64,000 bases of DNA. Source: a bacterium (GTDB lineage: Bacteria; Patescibacteriota; Patescibacteriia; JAGPKW01). Position 1 is the stretch's first letter, and the number at the start of each line of letters is the position of its first letter. This document shows, in pieces, positions 21,178 to 32,341 of the stretch. Both the position numbers and the translations under genes were made by a program. The notes beneath the pieces were generated by a model that was not told where the DNA came from, made no database searches, and worked only from the letters and a program-made list of their open reading frames with translations. The stretch spans positions 15,295-79,294 of the forward strand of contig JAJXYN010000011.1 of NCBI GenBank assembly GCA_021780535.1. The letters are read 5' to 3'.

Positions 21178-21238
21178 AAATATTGTTTTTTCGTTGTTTT
21201 ACTGTATAATATAAGAACATTTTGAATTATAAAGCTTT

Positions 21239-23032
21239 ATGAATCAACAACATATTAGAAATTTTTGTATTATTGCTCATATTGATCATGGTAAATCGAC
21301 TTTAGCCGATAGATTTTTGCAAATTACAAATACTGTTCCAGAAAGAAAAATGCAAGCTCAACTACTAGATAGTATGGAACTTGAAAGAGAAAGGGGTATT
21401 ACTATTAAACTTACTCCTGTAAATATGGACTATACCTATAACGGAGAGCTTTATAGACTTAATTTAATTGATACTCCTGGTCATATTGATTTTAATTATG
21501 AGGTTTCTAGATCTCTTGCTGCTTGTGAAGGGGCTATTTTAGTTGTTGATGCTACTCAAGGTGTTCAAGCTCAAACAGTTGCAAATCTTTATCTTGCCAT
21601 TGAACAAGGTCTTGAAATTATTCCTGTTATTAATAAAATAGATCTTCCAAACTCTGACATTGAAAGAGTTTCAAGAGAAATTATTCATTTGCTTGGATGT
21701 AAAAAAGAAGACATTATCCACGCTTCTGCTAAAACGGGTTTTGGTGTTGAGAATATTATTAATGCTGTTATAGAAAGAATTCCATCTCCAAAAGGTGAAA
21801 TTGAAAACGATAATACAAAAGCTCTTATATTTGATTCTAAATATGATAAATACCGCGGTGCTGTTATGTATATTAGAATTTTTAATGGATCACTTAAAAA
21901 GAGTGACTTAGTTAAATTGATTAATAAAAACACTCAAGCGGAAGTATTGGAAATTGGATTACTTCAACCTGATATGGTTTCAACAGGATCTCTTGAAACT
22001 GGACAAATTGGTTATTTGGTTACGAACATTAAAACTATCTCTGAAACTAAAGTCGGAGATACTATTACGTTACTTAAAAATGCACATGTAGAACCACTAC
22101 CTGGATATAAAAAGGTGAAACCTTTTGTATTTGCTGGAATATTTTGTAAAGATAGTTCTGAATTCAATATTTTAAGAGATGCTATGGAAGAAATAGTTCT
22201 ATCAGATAGTGCTATTGAATACGTTCCAGAAGCTAGTCATGGCCTTGGTTTTGGTTTTAGATGTGGATTTTTAGGGTTATTACATTTAGAAATTATCTCC
22301 GAAAGATTAACAAGAGAATATAATCTTGATTTAATAATAACTACTCCATCTGTTGAATATAAGGTTACATTAAAGGATGGGAAAGAAGAAGTTATTCATA
22401 GCCCACAAGAATTAAAAGATCCAAGTTTTACTGATTCTATTTTTGAACCATTTGTATCTTGCGAAATTATTGTTCAATCTGAATTTGTTGGACAAGTGAT
22501 GGAAATAATGCCAGAGTATTATGGTACTTATAAGAGTATGAGTTATATTGAAGAAACTAGGGTAATATTGAAATATGAAATGCCTCTTGCATCCATTCTT
22601 GTTGATTTTTATGATAAGTTAAAAAGCGTAAGTAAAGGATATGCTTCTTTAAGCTATGAATATTTAGATTTTAGAAAAGCTGACATAGTTAAATTAGATG
22701 TTGATGTTGCTGGAGATCCTGTAGATGCTTTATCTATACTAACTTATAGAGAAGATGCTTATAAACAAGGTAAAAGAATAGTTGAAAAATTAAAATCTGT
22801 ACTTTCTAGAGAGTCTTTTGAAATAAAACTTCAAGCATTAGTTGGAGGTAAAATTATAGCATCCGAAAGAATATCTGCTATGAGAAAAGATGTTTTAGCT
22901 AAAATGTCCGGTGGAGATTATACGAGAAAGTTAAAGCTTTTGCAGAAACAAAAAGAAGGAAAGAAAAAAATGATGGGCAAGGGAAGCGTTGATATACCTC
23001 ATTCTGTATTTCTAGAAATGCTAAAAAGATAA
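21239..23032 (+). CDS. lepA: Elongation factor 4
   Basis: IRNFCIIAHIDHGKSTLADR, LIDTPGH, GFRCGFLGLLH. Confidence 0.98.
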   Translation: MNQQHIRNFCIIAHIDHGKSTLADRFLQITNTVPERKMQAQLLDSMELERERGITIKLTPVNMDYTYNGELYRLNLIDTPGHIDFNYEVSRSLAACEGAILVVDATQGVQAQTVANLYLAIEQGLEIIPVINKIDLPNSDIERVSREIIHLLGCKKEDIIHASAKTGFGVENIINAVIERIPSPKGEIENDNTKALIFDSKYDKYRGAVMYIRIFNGSLKKSDLVKLINKNTQAEVLEIGLLQPDMVSTGSLETGQIGYLVTNIKTISETKVGDTITLLKNAHVEPLPGYKKVKPFVFAGIFCKDSSEFNILRDAMEEIVLSDSAIEYVPEASHGLGFGFRCGFLGLLHLEIISERLTREYNLDLIITTPSVEYKVTLKDGKEEVIHSPQELKDPSFTDSIFEPFVSCEIIVQSEFVGQVMEIMPEYYGTYKSMSYIEETRVILKYEMPLASILVDFYDKLKSVSKGYASLSYEYLDFRKADIVKLDVDVAGDPVDALSILTYREDAYKQGKRIVEKLKSVLSRESFEIKLQALVGGKIIASERISAMRKDVLAKMSGGDYTRKLKLLQKQKEGKKKMMGKGSVDIPHSVFLEMLKR

Positions 23033-23124
23033 AAAACTAACCATAATATTTTCTGTTCATATTGATTTTTCAAGTGAAAAGAGTATTATTAAATAATCTT
23101 ACAATTTCATGGAGGTACTTATAT

Positions 23125-23403
23125 ATGTACATGGAAGAAGGTAGTGTAAAAGAAGACTGTTTAATGGTTTTTGTTCATCCGAACTGTTATTTGGCAGCTC
23201 GGAAAATTGGGAAAATTTTTTCTGAACTTGGTTTTGTCTTTAAGCATATTCAGCTTACTTGCGAGGGTAATGTCTTTAAAACATACCCAATGCCAGCTTA
23301 TGCGCTAAAAAGACTTAAACAAGATCCACAAAACAATGACGATTCTTTATTCCTGTCGTTTCATTCTGATAGAAACGGCTTTATTACTATAGACAAACGT
23401 TAG
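23125..23403 (+). CDS. Hypothetical ORFan, 92 aa (start moved)
   Basis: GGAGGT SD at 23111-23116 before ATG 23125; terminator ccacgaga/tctcgtgg near 23427-23447. Confidence 0.6.
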   Translation: MYMEEGSVKEDCLMVFVHPNCYLAARKIGKIFSELGFVFKHIQLTCEGNVFKTYPMPAYALKRLKQDPQNNDDSLFLSFHSDRNGFITIDKR

Positions 23404-23672
23404 GTTTTCAAAAACCTAACAAAAATCCACGAGAGATTATCTCGTGGTATTTTTATTTAAAATAATAATTTATTTTAGAGTTGATATGATAGGCAATATA
23501 ACACCAAGCAACATTATTATTAATAAAGATGCCACTACAATGTATTTGATAGTCAATTTAACTTTTTTCATAGAAATAAATTATTAAAATTTAAAGTTAA
23601 TAGAAACATTATAGCAATAGTTAAAAATAAAAAACAGCTCCTTGAAAACAAGAAAGCTGTTGGTAAATTTCC

Positions 23673-24482
23673 CTAATACGAAGGTTCTATATAAAGACTT
23701 GCATACTTATAAAAATTGGCTCTCGGTATTACTATATTATCATTATCAGCCATATACATTGATTCTAGAATAGAATCTGCACTTTGCTTTAATGGTTCGG
23801 TGTATGTATTGTTGATTCTTATTACCGCATCACCAGTATCTGTCATCATTATAAAAGTAGCTCTAGCGAATATAATTGGTTTAGAAAATATCTTTTCTTC
23901 TTCATTAATCTGATATCCTAGCGCTAAGGCTTTTTTCTTCAACGATTCTATACCTTTACTATTCGCATATTTTGCAAAACTAACTTTTTTTATCGTCTTA
24001 AAACGTATTTCATCTTGCGGTTTGAACAATTTTACATATTCTGCCGCGAGATCATTTGTTTCTGCTTGTCTTTTAATGACATGCAAATACCTTTTTTCTA
24101 CAACTCGTTCCATTGGATTTTGTCTTTTGTCCATTAGAGAAAAAACTGATATGGTTTGATAACCGTTTTTATCATAACTTTTATCACCCTTTGGAGGCGG
24201 TTCAAACCCAGCACAATAAAACATTCCATTTTTTTCTGTAAATTTCGTCATTGTTTTGATTTTATATGAACCTTTATACATATAAAAATCAATAATTACA
24301 GTTGCGTTACCTTTTTCGTCTATACTTTTTACAATTCCAGAAGCATTCATGTCCTTCAATTCAAAACTAACAAGATCACCTTTTTCAACAACAACAGTAT
24401 TTGAAAGTGCATAACCAAACGCAGCAATAGCTAAAAAGAAAACAATAATAAAGAATATGAAAAAATGTATTTTTCTTTTCAT
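23673..24482 (-). CDS. Hypothetical secreted or membrane-anchored ORFan
   Basis: GGGAGGA SD before ATG at 24482; N-terminal hydrophobic segment. Confidence 0.7.
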   Translation of the reverse strand: MKRKIHFFIFFIIVFFLAIAAFGYALSNTVVVEKGDLVSFELKDMNASGIVKSIDEKGNATVIIDFYMYKGSYKIKTMTKFTEKNGMFYCAGFEPPPKGDKSYDKNGYQTISVFSLMDKRQNPMERVVEKRYLHVIKRQAETNDLAAEYVKLFKPQDEIRFKTIKKVSFAKYANSKGIESLKKKALALGYQINEEEKIFSKPIIFARATFIMMTDTGDAVIRINNTYTEPLKQSADSILESMYMADNDNIVIPRANFYKYASLYIEPSY

Positions 24483-24617
24483 ATTATATCCTCCCATAGG
24501 ATGAATTTATTTGGATTAAAACATATTTTAATGAATTTGTAAAGTTTATTTTATATTTTAATAATTTAATGTACAATATAAACATTAGAAATTGGTTTTA
24601 TTATTAAATTATTAAAA

Positions 24618-25241
24618 ATGAAAGAAATTATTAAAAATTTAAAAATTGATGAAAAAATTATAGTGGTAGTTAGAAAATATTTTTTATCTCTATTTAAAGA
24701 TATATTTATAACATTATTTATTTTAACTTTTTCTTTTGTGTCTTTATATTTTATAATGCAAATAAAAAATAATACCGTTTTTTTAAATACCGCCTTGGTT
24801 GCTTTTTGGTTTTGTTTAGTATTTGCAATTTTTTGGGGCGTAAGAACATTTTTTATTTGGACTTTTGATTCTTTAGTGGTTACTAATTATAGAATTTTTG
24901 ATATAACACAGACAAGTATTTTTAATAAAAATGTTACGGAAATAAACCTTAGAGATATTAAATCTATATCATTTACAAAAAATGGTATTATTAAAACTGT
25001 ATTTAATTTTGGAGATTTAAAAATAGAAACTGAAAATGCTGAAACTAATTTAGAAATCAATAATATTAAAGATCCTTTTGATATTCAACAATTAATAAAC
25101 GAAAGAAAAGAAAAATTAATACAAGACGAAGGACAAAAAGGAAAATTTGACAATTTAAGTGAAGAAGAACTTATAGGTCTTGCTTACAAATTAAAAGAAA
25201 AAATAGGAAGTGATAGATTAAACGATATTTTAAAAAGTTAG
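24618..25241 (+). CDS. Membrane protein with bacterial PH (bPH_2/YdbS-like) domain
   Basis: Two TMs then VVTNYRIFDI..IKSISF..FNFGDLKIET. Confidence 0.8.
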   Translation: MKEIIKNLKIDEKIIVVVRKYFLSLFKDIFITLFILTFSFVSLYFIMQIKNNTVFLNTALVAFWFCLVFAIFWGVRTFFIWTFDSLVVTNYRIFDITQTSIFNKNVTEINLRDIKSISFTKNGIIKTVFNFGDLKIETENAETNLEINNIKDPFDIQQLINERKEKLIQDEGQKGKFDNLSEEELIGLAYKLKEKIGSDRLNDILKS

Positions 25242-25292
25242 TTGAACCATATTTGAATGACAAAATAAACATATTATCGTATAATTACCATC

Positions 25293-25706
25293 ATGATAAA
25301 AGATCGTCAGGAGTCTTCCTTGAAATTTAAAAAACAAAAATATACTCTTAAAGTTTTCCTAGTTATAAGTCTAGTTGTTTTTTTGTTTGTTTTTGTTGGG
25401 GTTATTAATGTTTTGCTAAAAAATAAAAATGAAGAAAAAAATATAAATGATTTATATTCACAATCTGAGGATATTAAAAACAAAAATAATGAAATTAAAA
25501 ATCTAATAAAAAATTATAACGATGAAACAAGTAAAGAAAAAATGGCTAGAGAAGATTTAAACATGATGGCCGATGGTGAAAATGTTGTTGTTGTAAATGA
25601 TGGTAAAAAAGAAATTCAAATAAATAAAAAAAATGACATTATAAACAAAAACAAAAATATCTCTAATTATAATAAATGGATAAATTTCTTTTTTGGAAAA
25701 GAATAA
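25293..25706 (+). CDS. Septum formation initiator (FtsB/DivIC family)
   Basis: TM plus coiled coil plus EKMAREDLNMMADGENVVV. Confidence 0.8.
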   Translation: MIKDRQESSLKFKKQKYTLKVFLVISLVVFLFVFVGVINVLLKNKNEEKNINDLYSQSEDIKNKNNEIKNLIKNYNDETSKEKMAREDLNMMADGENVVVVNDGKKEIQINKKNDIINKNKNISNYNKWINFFFGKE

Positions 25707-25718
25707 TATTAAATAAAA

Positions 25719-26714
25719 ATGGATAAGAAAGAATTAATTAAAAAAAGTTTTGATAAAATTAAAGAATTGTTAAGTAATAAATTATTTTTTAAATTTTTTG
25801 TATTTTTTTTGTTATTTATTGCTTTACTTATTTCAAATATGATTATTGAAAATAATATATATAAATCTAATGATAGATCATTTTTTGCTATAACTTATGC
25901 AAAAATAATGAATATGCCAGCGATAAAAATTAATGGCAATAAAGTATCATATGTTGATTATTTTAAATTTTATGATTATTTAAATAATTTTTACAAAAAA
26001 CAAAATGAAAATGAAAATAATAATACAACAATAAACCCAGAAGCTATTAAAAATGAAGTTACCTCTAAGCTTATAAAAAATTCTATTTTAGAAACATTAT
26101 CATTAAAATATAATATAAAGCCTACAGATAGGGAAGTTTTTGATGAAATTAAAAATCTTGACTATGAAACTGGTAGTATAGATGATACTGCAAAAATAAT
26201 AAAAGATACTTATAATATGTCTCTTGATGAATTTAAGAAAAATTTTATAGAACCTATTATAATAAAAAATAAATTAGATACTATAATATCTAATGATCCT
26301 ATTATAAATAAAGATAAAATTGAAAAAATAACTAATATTTATAATCAAATAAAAGCGTCAAATAATGCTGTAACCAAAAATAAACTTGGTCAAGAGATTG
26401 ATATGTTTTCTACATTAGCAAAAGAATTCAGCGAAGATAAGACATCATCTGAAGAATATGGGGACTTGGGGTGGTTATCTAGAGATTCTATGGAAGAATC
26501 TATAAAAAATGCTGCTTTTGCATTGAAAGATGGAGAGTATAGTGGCGTAATAAAATCTTCTAATGGTTATCATATTATTAAATTATTGGACAAAATAGAT
26601 ACAATAGATATTCCGAAAGTTAGAATTGCTCATATTTTTGTAAAATCTATGGATATTAATACGTATTTACAACAAGAAATAGATAGTGCAAAAATAAAGA
26701 TATACATTAAGTAG
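25719..26714 (+). CDS. SurA/PrsA-like parvulin peptidyl-prolyl isomerase
   Basis: FSTLAKEFSED, GDLGW, GYHIIK. Confidence 0.88.
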   Translation: MDKKELIKKSFDKIKELLSNKLFFKFFVFFLLFIALLISNMIIENNIYKSNDRSFFAITYAKIMNMPAIKINGNKVSYVDYFKFYDYLNNFYKKQNENENNNTTINPEAIKNEVTSKLIKNSILETLSLKYNIKPTDREVFDEIKNLDYETGSIDDTAKIIKDTYNMSLDEFKKNFIEPIIIKNKLDTIISNDPIINKDKIEKITNIYNQIKASNNAVTKNKLGQEIDMFSTLAKEFSEDKTSSEEYGDLGWLSRDSMEESIKNAAFALKDGEYSGVIKSSNGYHIIKLLDKIDTIDIPKVRIAHIFVKSMDINTYLQQEIDSAKIKIYIK

Positions 26715-26820
26715 CTATAAATAAACGAAAATATTATAATTAGATTTTATGTTGTTATATTTTCGTATTTATATTAATATTATATTTATTATTCTAGATA
26801 ATCATTAATTTGTTAATTTT

Positions 26821-27354
26821 ATGGATTTAAATTCTGAAAAAGTTAAATTTCAATCTGCTATTGATTTTTTAGTTAAAGAACTTTCTACTATTAGAACCGG
26901 GAGAGCATCTGTTAGCTTAGTTGAAGATATAAAAGTTGATGCTTATGGATCACTTATGCCACTTAAAAGTTGTGGTAATATTTCTATTCCAGAAGCTAGA
27001 CAAATATTAATAGATCCTTGGGATAAATCTCTTATAAAAGAAATAGAAAAAGCAATCATGGCGTCTAACATTGGTTTAAACCCTAATAGTGATGGATCTG
27101 TTCTTAGAATAAATTTACCAGAAATGACAGAAGACAAAAGAAAAGATTTACTAAAAGTTGTTGGTGTTAAATGTGAAAATTGTAGAATAGAAATAAGGAA
27201 AATAAGAGAAGAATTAAAAAATTCTATGAAAGACGAAAAAGATGAAGATTTAAAAAAATCTATTCTTGAAGATCTAGACAGTGTTACTAAAGAATTTAAT
27301 GAAAAGGTAGAGGAAATAAGAAAGAAAAAAGAAGAGGAAGTAATGACTGTGTAA
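26821..27354 (+). CDS. frr: Ribosome recycling factor
   Basis: IRTGRAS, IDPWDKS, GLNPNSDG, LPEMTEDKRK. Confidence 0.96.
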   Translation: MDLNSEKVKFQSAIDFLVKELSTIRTGRASVSLVEDIKVDAYGSLMPLKSCGNISIPEARQILIDPWDKSLIKEIEKAIMASNIGLNPNSDGSVLRINLPEMTEDKRKDLLKVVGVKCENCRIEIRKIREELKNSMKDEKDEDLKKSILEDLDSVTKEFNEKVEEIRKKKEEEVMTV

Positions 27355-27384
27355 AGATAAATTTTAAATTTTAAAATTATATTT

Positions 27385-28542
27385 ATGTTTCTAACTATTA
27401 TTGTTGTTCTATTAATAATATCATTCCTTGTTACTATCCATGAATTTGGTCACTATATTACTGCCAGAAAATTTGGAATGAAAGTTGAAGAATTTGCTAT
27501 TGGCATGGGCCCAATTATTTTTAAATATACTAGTAAAAAAACTGGAATACTTTATTCTATAAGAGCTATACTTATTGGTGGTTTCTGTAAAATAAAAGGA
27601 GAAGATGGTAACAGTGAAGAAGCGAATAAACTTAGTTCTCCCACAACGAACGAGGTTGTAGAAGAAAAAGATTCTCAACATCTTCCGGACAATGATTCTT
27701 TTGGATCTAAAAAAATATGGCAAAGAGCCGTGGTATTATCTGCTGGAGTATTTATGAATCTTGTTTTTGCTATTATTTTAATTTATGTTGGACTTGTTGT
27801 TGGGATGCCAGATATTGTAAACCCAAACCAAAATTATAATGGAGCCCAATTTTCAAATGAAAGAATGCTTATAAGATCTGTTTTGCCAGGATCTGCTGCC
27901 GAAAAAGCAGGTATTAAATCAGGAGATGATATTATAAGTGTAAACAACCAAAAAATAACAGACTTAGATTTATTAAATAAGACATTACAAACTTCTAATG
28001 GAGTAAATTTATTATTAAAAGATTCTTCTGGCAAAGAAAAACAAATTACAAGTCTTAACAAAGAATTTAATAAAAGTCTTAACAAAGAAGTATTTGGTAT
28101 AGATTTCGCAAAAGTAGCAGTTATAAGATATAATCCTATTCAAGCTATTCCAAAAACATTCCAAACAACAGGATTTTTTGTAACAGGAATGTTCCAAGGA
28201 TTGGGATCTATGATGGCTAGTATATTTTCTGGGCATGGACTTCCAGAAGGGTTATCTGGCCCAATAGGAATCACATTTATTACAGGAGAAGCTATAAAAC
28301 AAGGTTTTTCTTATGTATTATATATAATTGCTCAGATTTCTTTGAACTTAGCTATTATAAATATAATTCCTTTTCCAGCTCTTGATGGCGGAAGATTATT
28401 ATTCTTAGTTTTTGAAAAGATAAAAGGTGCCCCACTTAATGAAAAATTTGAATTAATAGCAAATGGAATTGGTTTTTTACTTTTAATGTTATTGCTTGTA
28501 ATTGTAACATTTAAAGATGTTGGAAATTATATTCTAAAATAA
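27385..28542 (+). CDS. rseP: RIP metalloprotease RseP (M50 with PDZ)
   Basis: HEFGH, PDZ domain, NIIPFPALDGG. Confidence 0.93.
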   Translation: MFLTIIVVLLIISFLVTIHEFGHYITARKFGMKVEEFAIGMGPIIFKYTSKKTGILYSIRAILIGGFCKIKGEDGNSEEANKLSSPTTNEVVEEKDSQHLPDNDSFGSKKIWQRAVVLSAGVFMNLVFAIILIYVGLVVGMPDIVNPNQNYNGAQFSNERMLIRSVLPGSAAEKAGIKSGDDIISVNNQKITDLDLLNKTLQTSNGVNLLLKDSSGKEKQITSLNKEFNKSLNKEVFGIDFAKVAVIRYNPIQAIPKTFQTTGFFVTGMFQGLGSMMASIFSGHGLPEGLSGPIGITFITGEAIKQGFSYVLYIIAQISLNLAIINIIPFPALDGGRLLFLVFEKIKGAPLNEKFELIANGIGFLLLMLLLVIVTFKDVGNYILK

Positions 28543-28560
28543 AAAATAATTATTACGTTT

Positions 28561-29790
28561 ATGTTGTTATCAAAAATACTTTACAAGACACAAAAAAATT
28601 TACCAACTGATGAAATTTCATTAAATGCTAAACTTCTTTTGCAAGCTTGCTTTGTTAAAAAAGAAATTGCTGGAGTTTTTTCCTATTTATCATTAGGATT
28701 AAGAGTTATTTCTAAAATAGAAAAAATAGTTAGAGAAGAAATGAATGCAGTTGGTGGTCAAGAAATTCTTATGCCAGGATTAACACCAAAACAAAATTGG
28801 TTAGACACTGGAAGATGGGGTATGGATGTTCTATTTAAAACAACTGGGGTTACTGGAAGCGAATACGCACTAGGCGCTACTCATGAAGAAATGGTTACTC
28901 CTATTGCAAAACAATTTATAAATTCTTATAAAGACTTACCACTATCTCTTTACCAAATCCAAACGAAATTTAGAAACGAAGAACGTGCTAAATCTGGTAT
29001 TCTTAGATGTAGAGAATTTAAAATGAAAGATATGTATTCTTTTCATGAAACAGAAGAAGATTTTGAAATATATTATGAACAAGTAAAACAAGCTTATATT
29101 AATGTATATAATAGACTTGGAATAGGCGATAACACAATTGTAGCTGTTGCTGATGGTGGAGCTTTTACTAAAAAACTTTCTCATGAATTTCAAACATTTA
29201 CAGATGCAGGAGAAGATTTGATATATGTTTGCGAGAAATGTAACCTTGGTATGAACAAGGAAGTTATTGAAAAATTTGATTATTCTTGTAATGTTTGTGG
29301 AAATAAAGATTTAAAAACAAGAAAAGCAATAGAGGTTGGAAATATATTCTCATTAGAAACAAAATATTCTGAAGCTTTTGATTTAACATTCCAAGACAAG
29401 ACAGGGAATAAGAAAAATCCTATTATGGGATGTTATGGGATAGGAATAACCAGAATTATGGGTGCTATTGTAGAAGTTTCTCATGATGAAAATGGGATTA
29501 TATGGCCAGAATCTATTGCACCATTTGTATATCACATAGTTGCTCTAGGTAATTCTGAAAATGTATCAAATAAATCAAAGGAGATTTATAATAGTTTAAC
29601 TTCAAAAGGATTTGATGTATTACTTGATGATAGAGATGAATCTGCTGGAACAAAATTAAAAGATGCAGATCTAATTGGTTGCCCAAATATTATAATAATA
29701 GGTGATAGAAATTTGGCAGAAAATAAAATTGAATTTAAAACTAGAAAAGATAATAAAACAGAATTAAAAGATATTTCTGAAATTATATAG
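28561..29790 (+). CDS. proS: Prolyl-tRNA synthetase (short, no editing domain)
   Basis: ATHEE, QIQTKFRNE, IEVGNIF, MGCYGIGITR. Confidence 0.95.
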   Translation: MLLSKILYKTQKNLPTDEISLNAKLLLQACFVKKEIAGVFSYLSLGLRVISKIEKIVREEMNAVGGQEILMPGLTPKQNWLDTGRWGMDVLFKTTGVTGSEYALGATHEEMVTPIAKQFINSYKDLPLSLYQIQTKFRNEERAKSGILRCREFKMKDMYSFHETEEDFEIYYEQVKQAYINVYNRLGIGDNTIVAVADGGAFTKKLSHEFQTFTDAGEDLIYVCEKCNLGMNKEVIEKFDYSCNVCGNKDLKTRKAIEVGNIFSLETKYSEAFDLTFQDKTGNKKNPIMGCYGIGITRIMGAIVEVSHDENGIIWPESIAPFVYHIVALGNSENVSNKSKEIYNSLTSKGFDVLLDDRDESAGTKLKDADLIGCPNIIIIGDRNLAENKIEFKTRKDNKTELKDISEII

Positions 29791-29794
29791 TATA

Positions 29795-29828
29795 AATAAT
29801 ATTCTCCATATGGGGAATATTATTTTAT
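29795..29828 (+). terminator. Intrinsic terminator after proS
   Basis: aataatattctcc/ggggaatattatt inverted repeat plus T tract. Confidence 0.65.
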
Positions 29829-29927
29829 TTTTCTATTGTTGGCATATTTTAAATTGATTGTATTTTTCTCAAAATACATTACAATTTATGTGTAAAAATA
29901 TTAACTTTATAACTAATAACCGAACAA

Positions 29928-30953
29928 ATGTTTTTCTCAAATTTATTTAAACCACAAGGAATAGGAATAGATATAGGAACTGATAAAATAGTTGTTTATC
30001 TTGATAAAAAAGGAGTAGTTCTAAATGAACCTACTGTTATTTCTATTAATACAAAAAACAACCAAGTAATTGCTATAGGTCAAAAAGCAAAAGAAATGAT
30101 AGGAAGAGTTCCTAGCTATATTGATATTATAAAACCAATAGAAAATGGAGTTATATCAAACTTTGAAGCCACAGAGAAAATGATTGACTATTTTATGAAA
30201 AAAATCAGAAGAGATTATGGTAATTTTTTAAATTCTCAAGCATTAATTTCTATTCCACTTGATATTACTGAAGTTGAAAGAAAAGCTGTTAATGATGTAA
30301 TTCTTGCAACTGGTATTAAAAATATTTATACAATAGACAAATGTATAGCTACTGCCATAGGTAATAGATTGAAAATATTAGATTCCATAGGTAATTTTGT
30401 TGTAGAATTTGGTGCAGGAAGAACTGAAATAATCACAATATCTACTGGCGGTATAATGGCTTATAAATCTATACCTTTTGGAAGTAAGAGTATGGATCAA
30501 AATATTATTTCTTACATAAGAGATAAATTTAGTATATTAATAGGAGAAACTACTGCTGAAAATATAAAGAAAAATATTGGTACAGCCCTTGAAAATAAAG
30601 AAAAAAAAATAAAAGTTAAAGGCAGAGATCTTGCTACTGGAATGCCGAAAGAAGTTATTGTTACTAATATAGACATATCTAACGCTATTGATAAAAATAT
30701 AGAAACTATAGTTGCTAATATTGAGTTTGTACTTGAAGCAACACCACCTGAAATTTTAAATGATATATACGAAAAAGGCATTATTCTTTCTGGAGGCGGG
30801 TCTCTTATTGATGGTCTTAAAGAAAGAATATCTAAACAAACTAAAATTACTACTTATACCGCCGACGATCCTTCTATGAGTGTTATTAGGGGCATAGGAA
30901 TGATATTAGCAGACATGACAAAATATAAAGATATTTATACAAAAATGAACTAG
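29928..30953 (+). CDS. mreB: Rod shape-determining protein MreB (divergent)
   Basis: GIDIGT, NEPTVI, ITEVERKAV, GRDLATGMPK, LEATPPE; precedes mreC. Confidence 0.9.
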   Translation: MFFSNLFKPQGIGIDIGTDKIVVYLDKKGVVLNEPTVISINTKNNQVIAIGQKAKEMIGRVPSYIDIIKPIENGVISNFEATEKMIDYFMKKIRRDYGNFLNSQALISIPLDITEVERKAVNDVILATGIKNIYTIDKCIATAIGNRLKILDSIGNFVVEFGAGRTEIITISTGGIMAYKSIPFGSKSMDQNIISYIRDKFSILIGETTAENIKKNIGTALENKEKKIKVKGRDLATGMPKEVIVTNIDISNAIDKNIETIVANIEFVLEATPPEILNDIYEKGIILSGGGSLIDGLKERISKQTKITTYTADDPSMSVIRGIGMILADMTKYKDIYTKMN

Positions 30954-30955
30954 AC

Positions 30956-31738
30956 ATGAAAAAAATTTTTTTAATTTTAGGTGTTATTATCCTTCTTACT
31001 TCTTTTGTGTTTTTGAAGTTTGATGTTTTTAGTTTTCCATCAAATTTTGTTAGAAGTATTTCTAATAACATTACTGCGAATTTAAATTCTATTTCTTCAT
31101 ATTCTAATGATAAAATAAGTATAATTTCTAATATTTCAAATATATTAAAAGAAAATGAGGCATTAAAAAATGAAAATGAAGATCTTATCTATAAAATTAA
31201 TTCTATTACTGAAAAAAATAAGGAAAATGAAATAGTAAATGAAAGTATGAATTTTGTTAAAAATTATAATTATAAATTTGCAAAAATACTAACTATAAAT
31301 AAAGAAATTGATAACACAATAACAATAAATATTGGCAAAAAAGATGGAATAGATGTCGGTTATCCTGTTATTTTTAAAAATGGTTTTTTAATTGGCAAAA
31401 TAAAACAAGTAAATGATAATTCTTCTGTGGTTTTATTAACAATAGATAAATCAAGCGAAGTTGCTGCTACGGTATCTGGGTATGATCATAGTATAGGCAT
31501 AATAAACGGAAATTATGGATTGAATTTTAAGCTTAATTATGTATCAATCAAAGAACCGATACGAAACGATGATGTTGTTGTTACAAGTGGTATAGAAAAT
31601 AATGTTCCTTCTGGATTAATAATAGGGAAAATCTCTAAAGTAGAATATAAACCATCAGATTTTTTTCAAGACGTGACGGTTTCACCAGTAATTCCTTTTG
31701 AAAACTTCAGAGTTGTTAGCGTAATAATGCCAAATTAA
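30956..31738 (+). CDS. mreC: Rod shape-determining protein MreC
   Basis: TM, coiled coil, INIGKKDGI, VVTSG..PSGLIIG. Confidence 0.9.
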   Translation: MKKIFLILGVIILLTSFVFLKFDVFSFPSNFVRSISNNITANLNSISSYSNDKISIISNISNILKENEALKNENEDLIYKINSITEKNKENEIVNESMNFVKNYNYKFAKILTINKEIDNTITINIGKKDGIDVGYPVIFKNGFLIGKIKQVNDNSSVVLLTIDKSSEVAATVSGYDHSIGIINGNYGLNFKLNYVSIKEPIRNDDVVVTSGIENNVPSGLIIGKISKVEYKPSDFFQDVTVSPVIPFENFRVVSVIMPN

Positions 31739-31795
31739 TATTAAAATATGTAAATATATATTTCTATTTTTTCATATTTTTATTAAAATCATTCT

Positions 31796-32341
31796 ATGAT
31801 TAATCTAATTTCAAAATTTAATAATTATTTTATTCTTTCGGTATTCTTATTGTCGGTTGTTGCTTTTCAGTTTGGTTTTTTAGATCCTTTTAATGCTCTA
31901 TATTTATCTTCTATAAATATTTTTTTAATAGTATCTATATTAGTGTGTGTAAGCACGAAAAATATTAAAAAAATAATAATTCCTATGTTTATAATAGCTT
32001 TTTTAAGTAGCATATATTCTAACTATAATATTTTTATATTAATTCCTACCTACTTATTTTCTGCAACTATAATATTTTATCTTAACAAAGGACCATTGTT
32101 TATAACTGATTATTATAGATTCATTATACTTGTTATATTATCTGTTATTATTTTTAAAGCTTTGTTTTATCTAATATTATTTTTATTTAACTATCTTTAT
32201 TATAAAAATATTATTATTCCAGAAATGAATTATGAATTTTTATTTTCTATTATTTTTGAAATTATTTATTCCATATTAATTTTATCTATTTTTAAGCCGG
32301 ATATTAAATATATTAATTATGAATTTTTGGTCGGAGATTGA
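31796..32341 (+). CDS. mreD: Probable MreD-like membrane protein
   Basis: About 5 TMs; located between mreC and mrdA. Confidence 0.55.
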   Translation: MINLISKFNNYFILSVFLLSVVAFQFGFLDPFNALYLSSINIFLIVSILVCVSTKNIKKIIIPMFIIAFLSSIYSNYNIFILIPTYLFSATIIFYLNKGPLFITDYYRFIILVILSVIIFKALFYLILFLFNYLYYKNIIIPEMNYEFLFSIIFEIIYSILILSIFKPDIKYINYEFLVGD

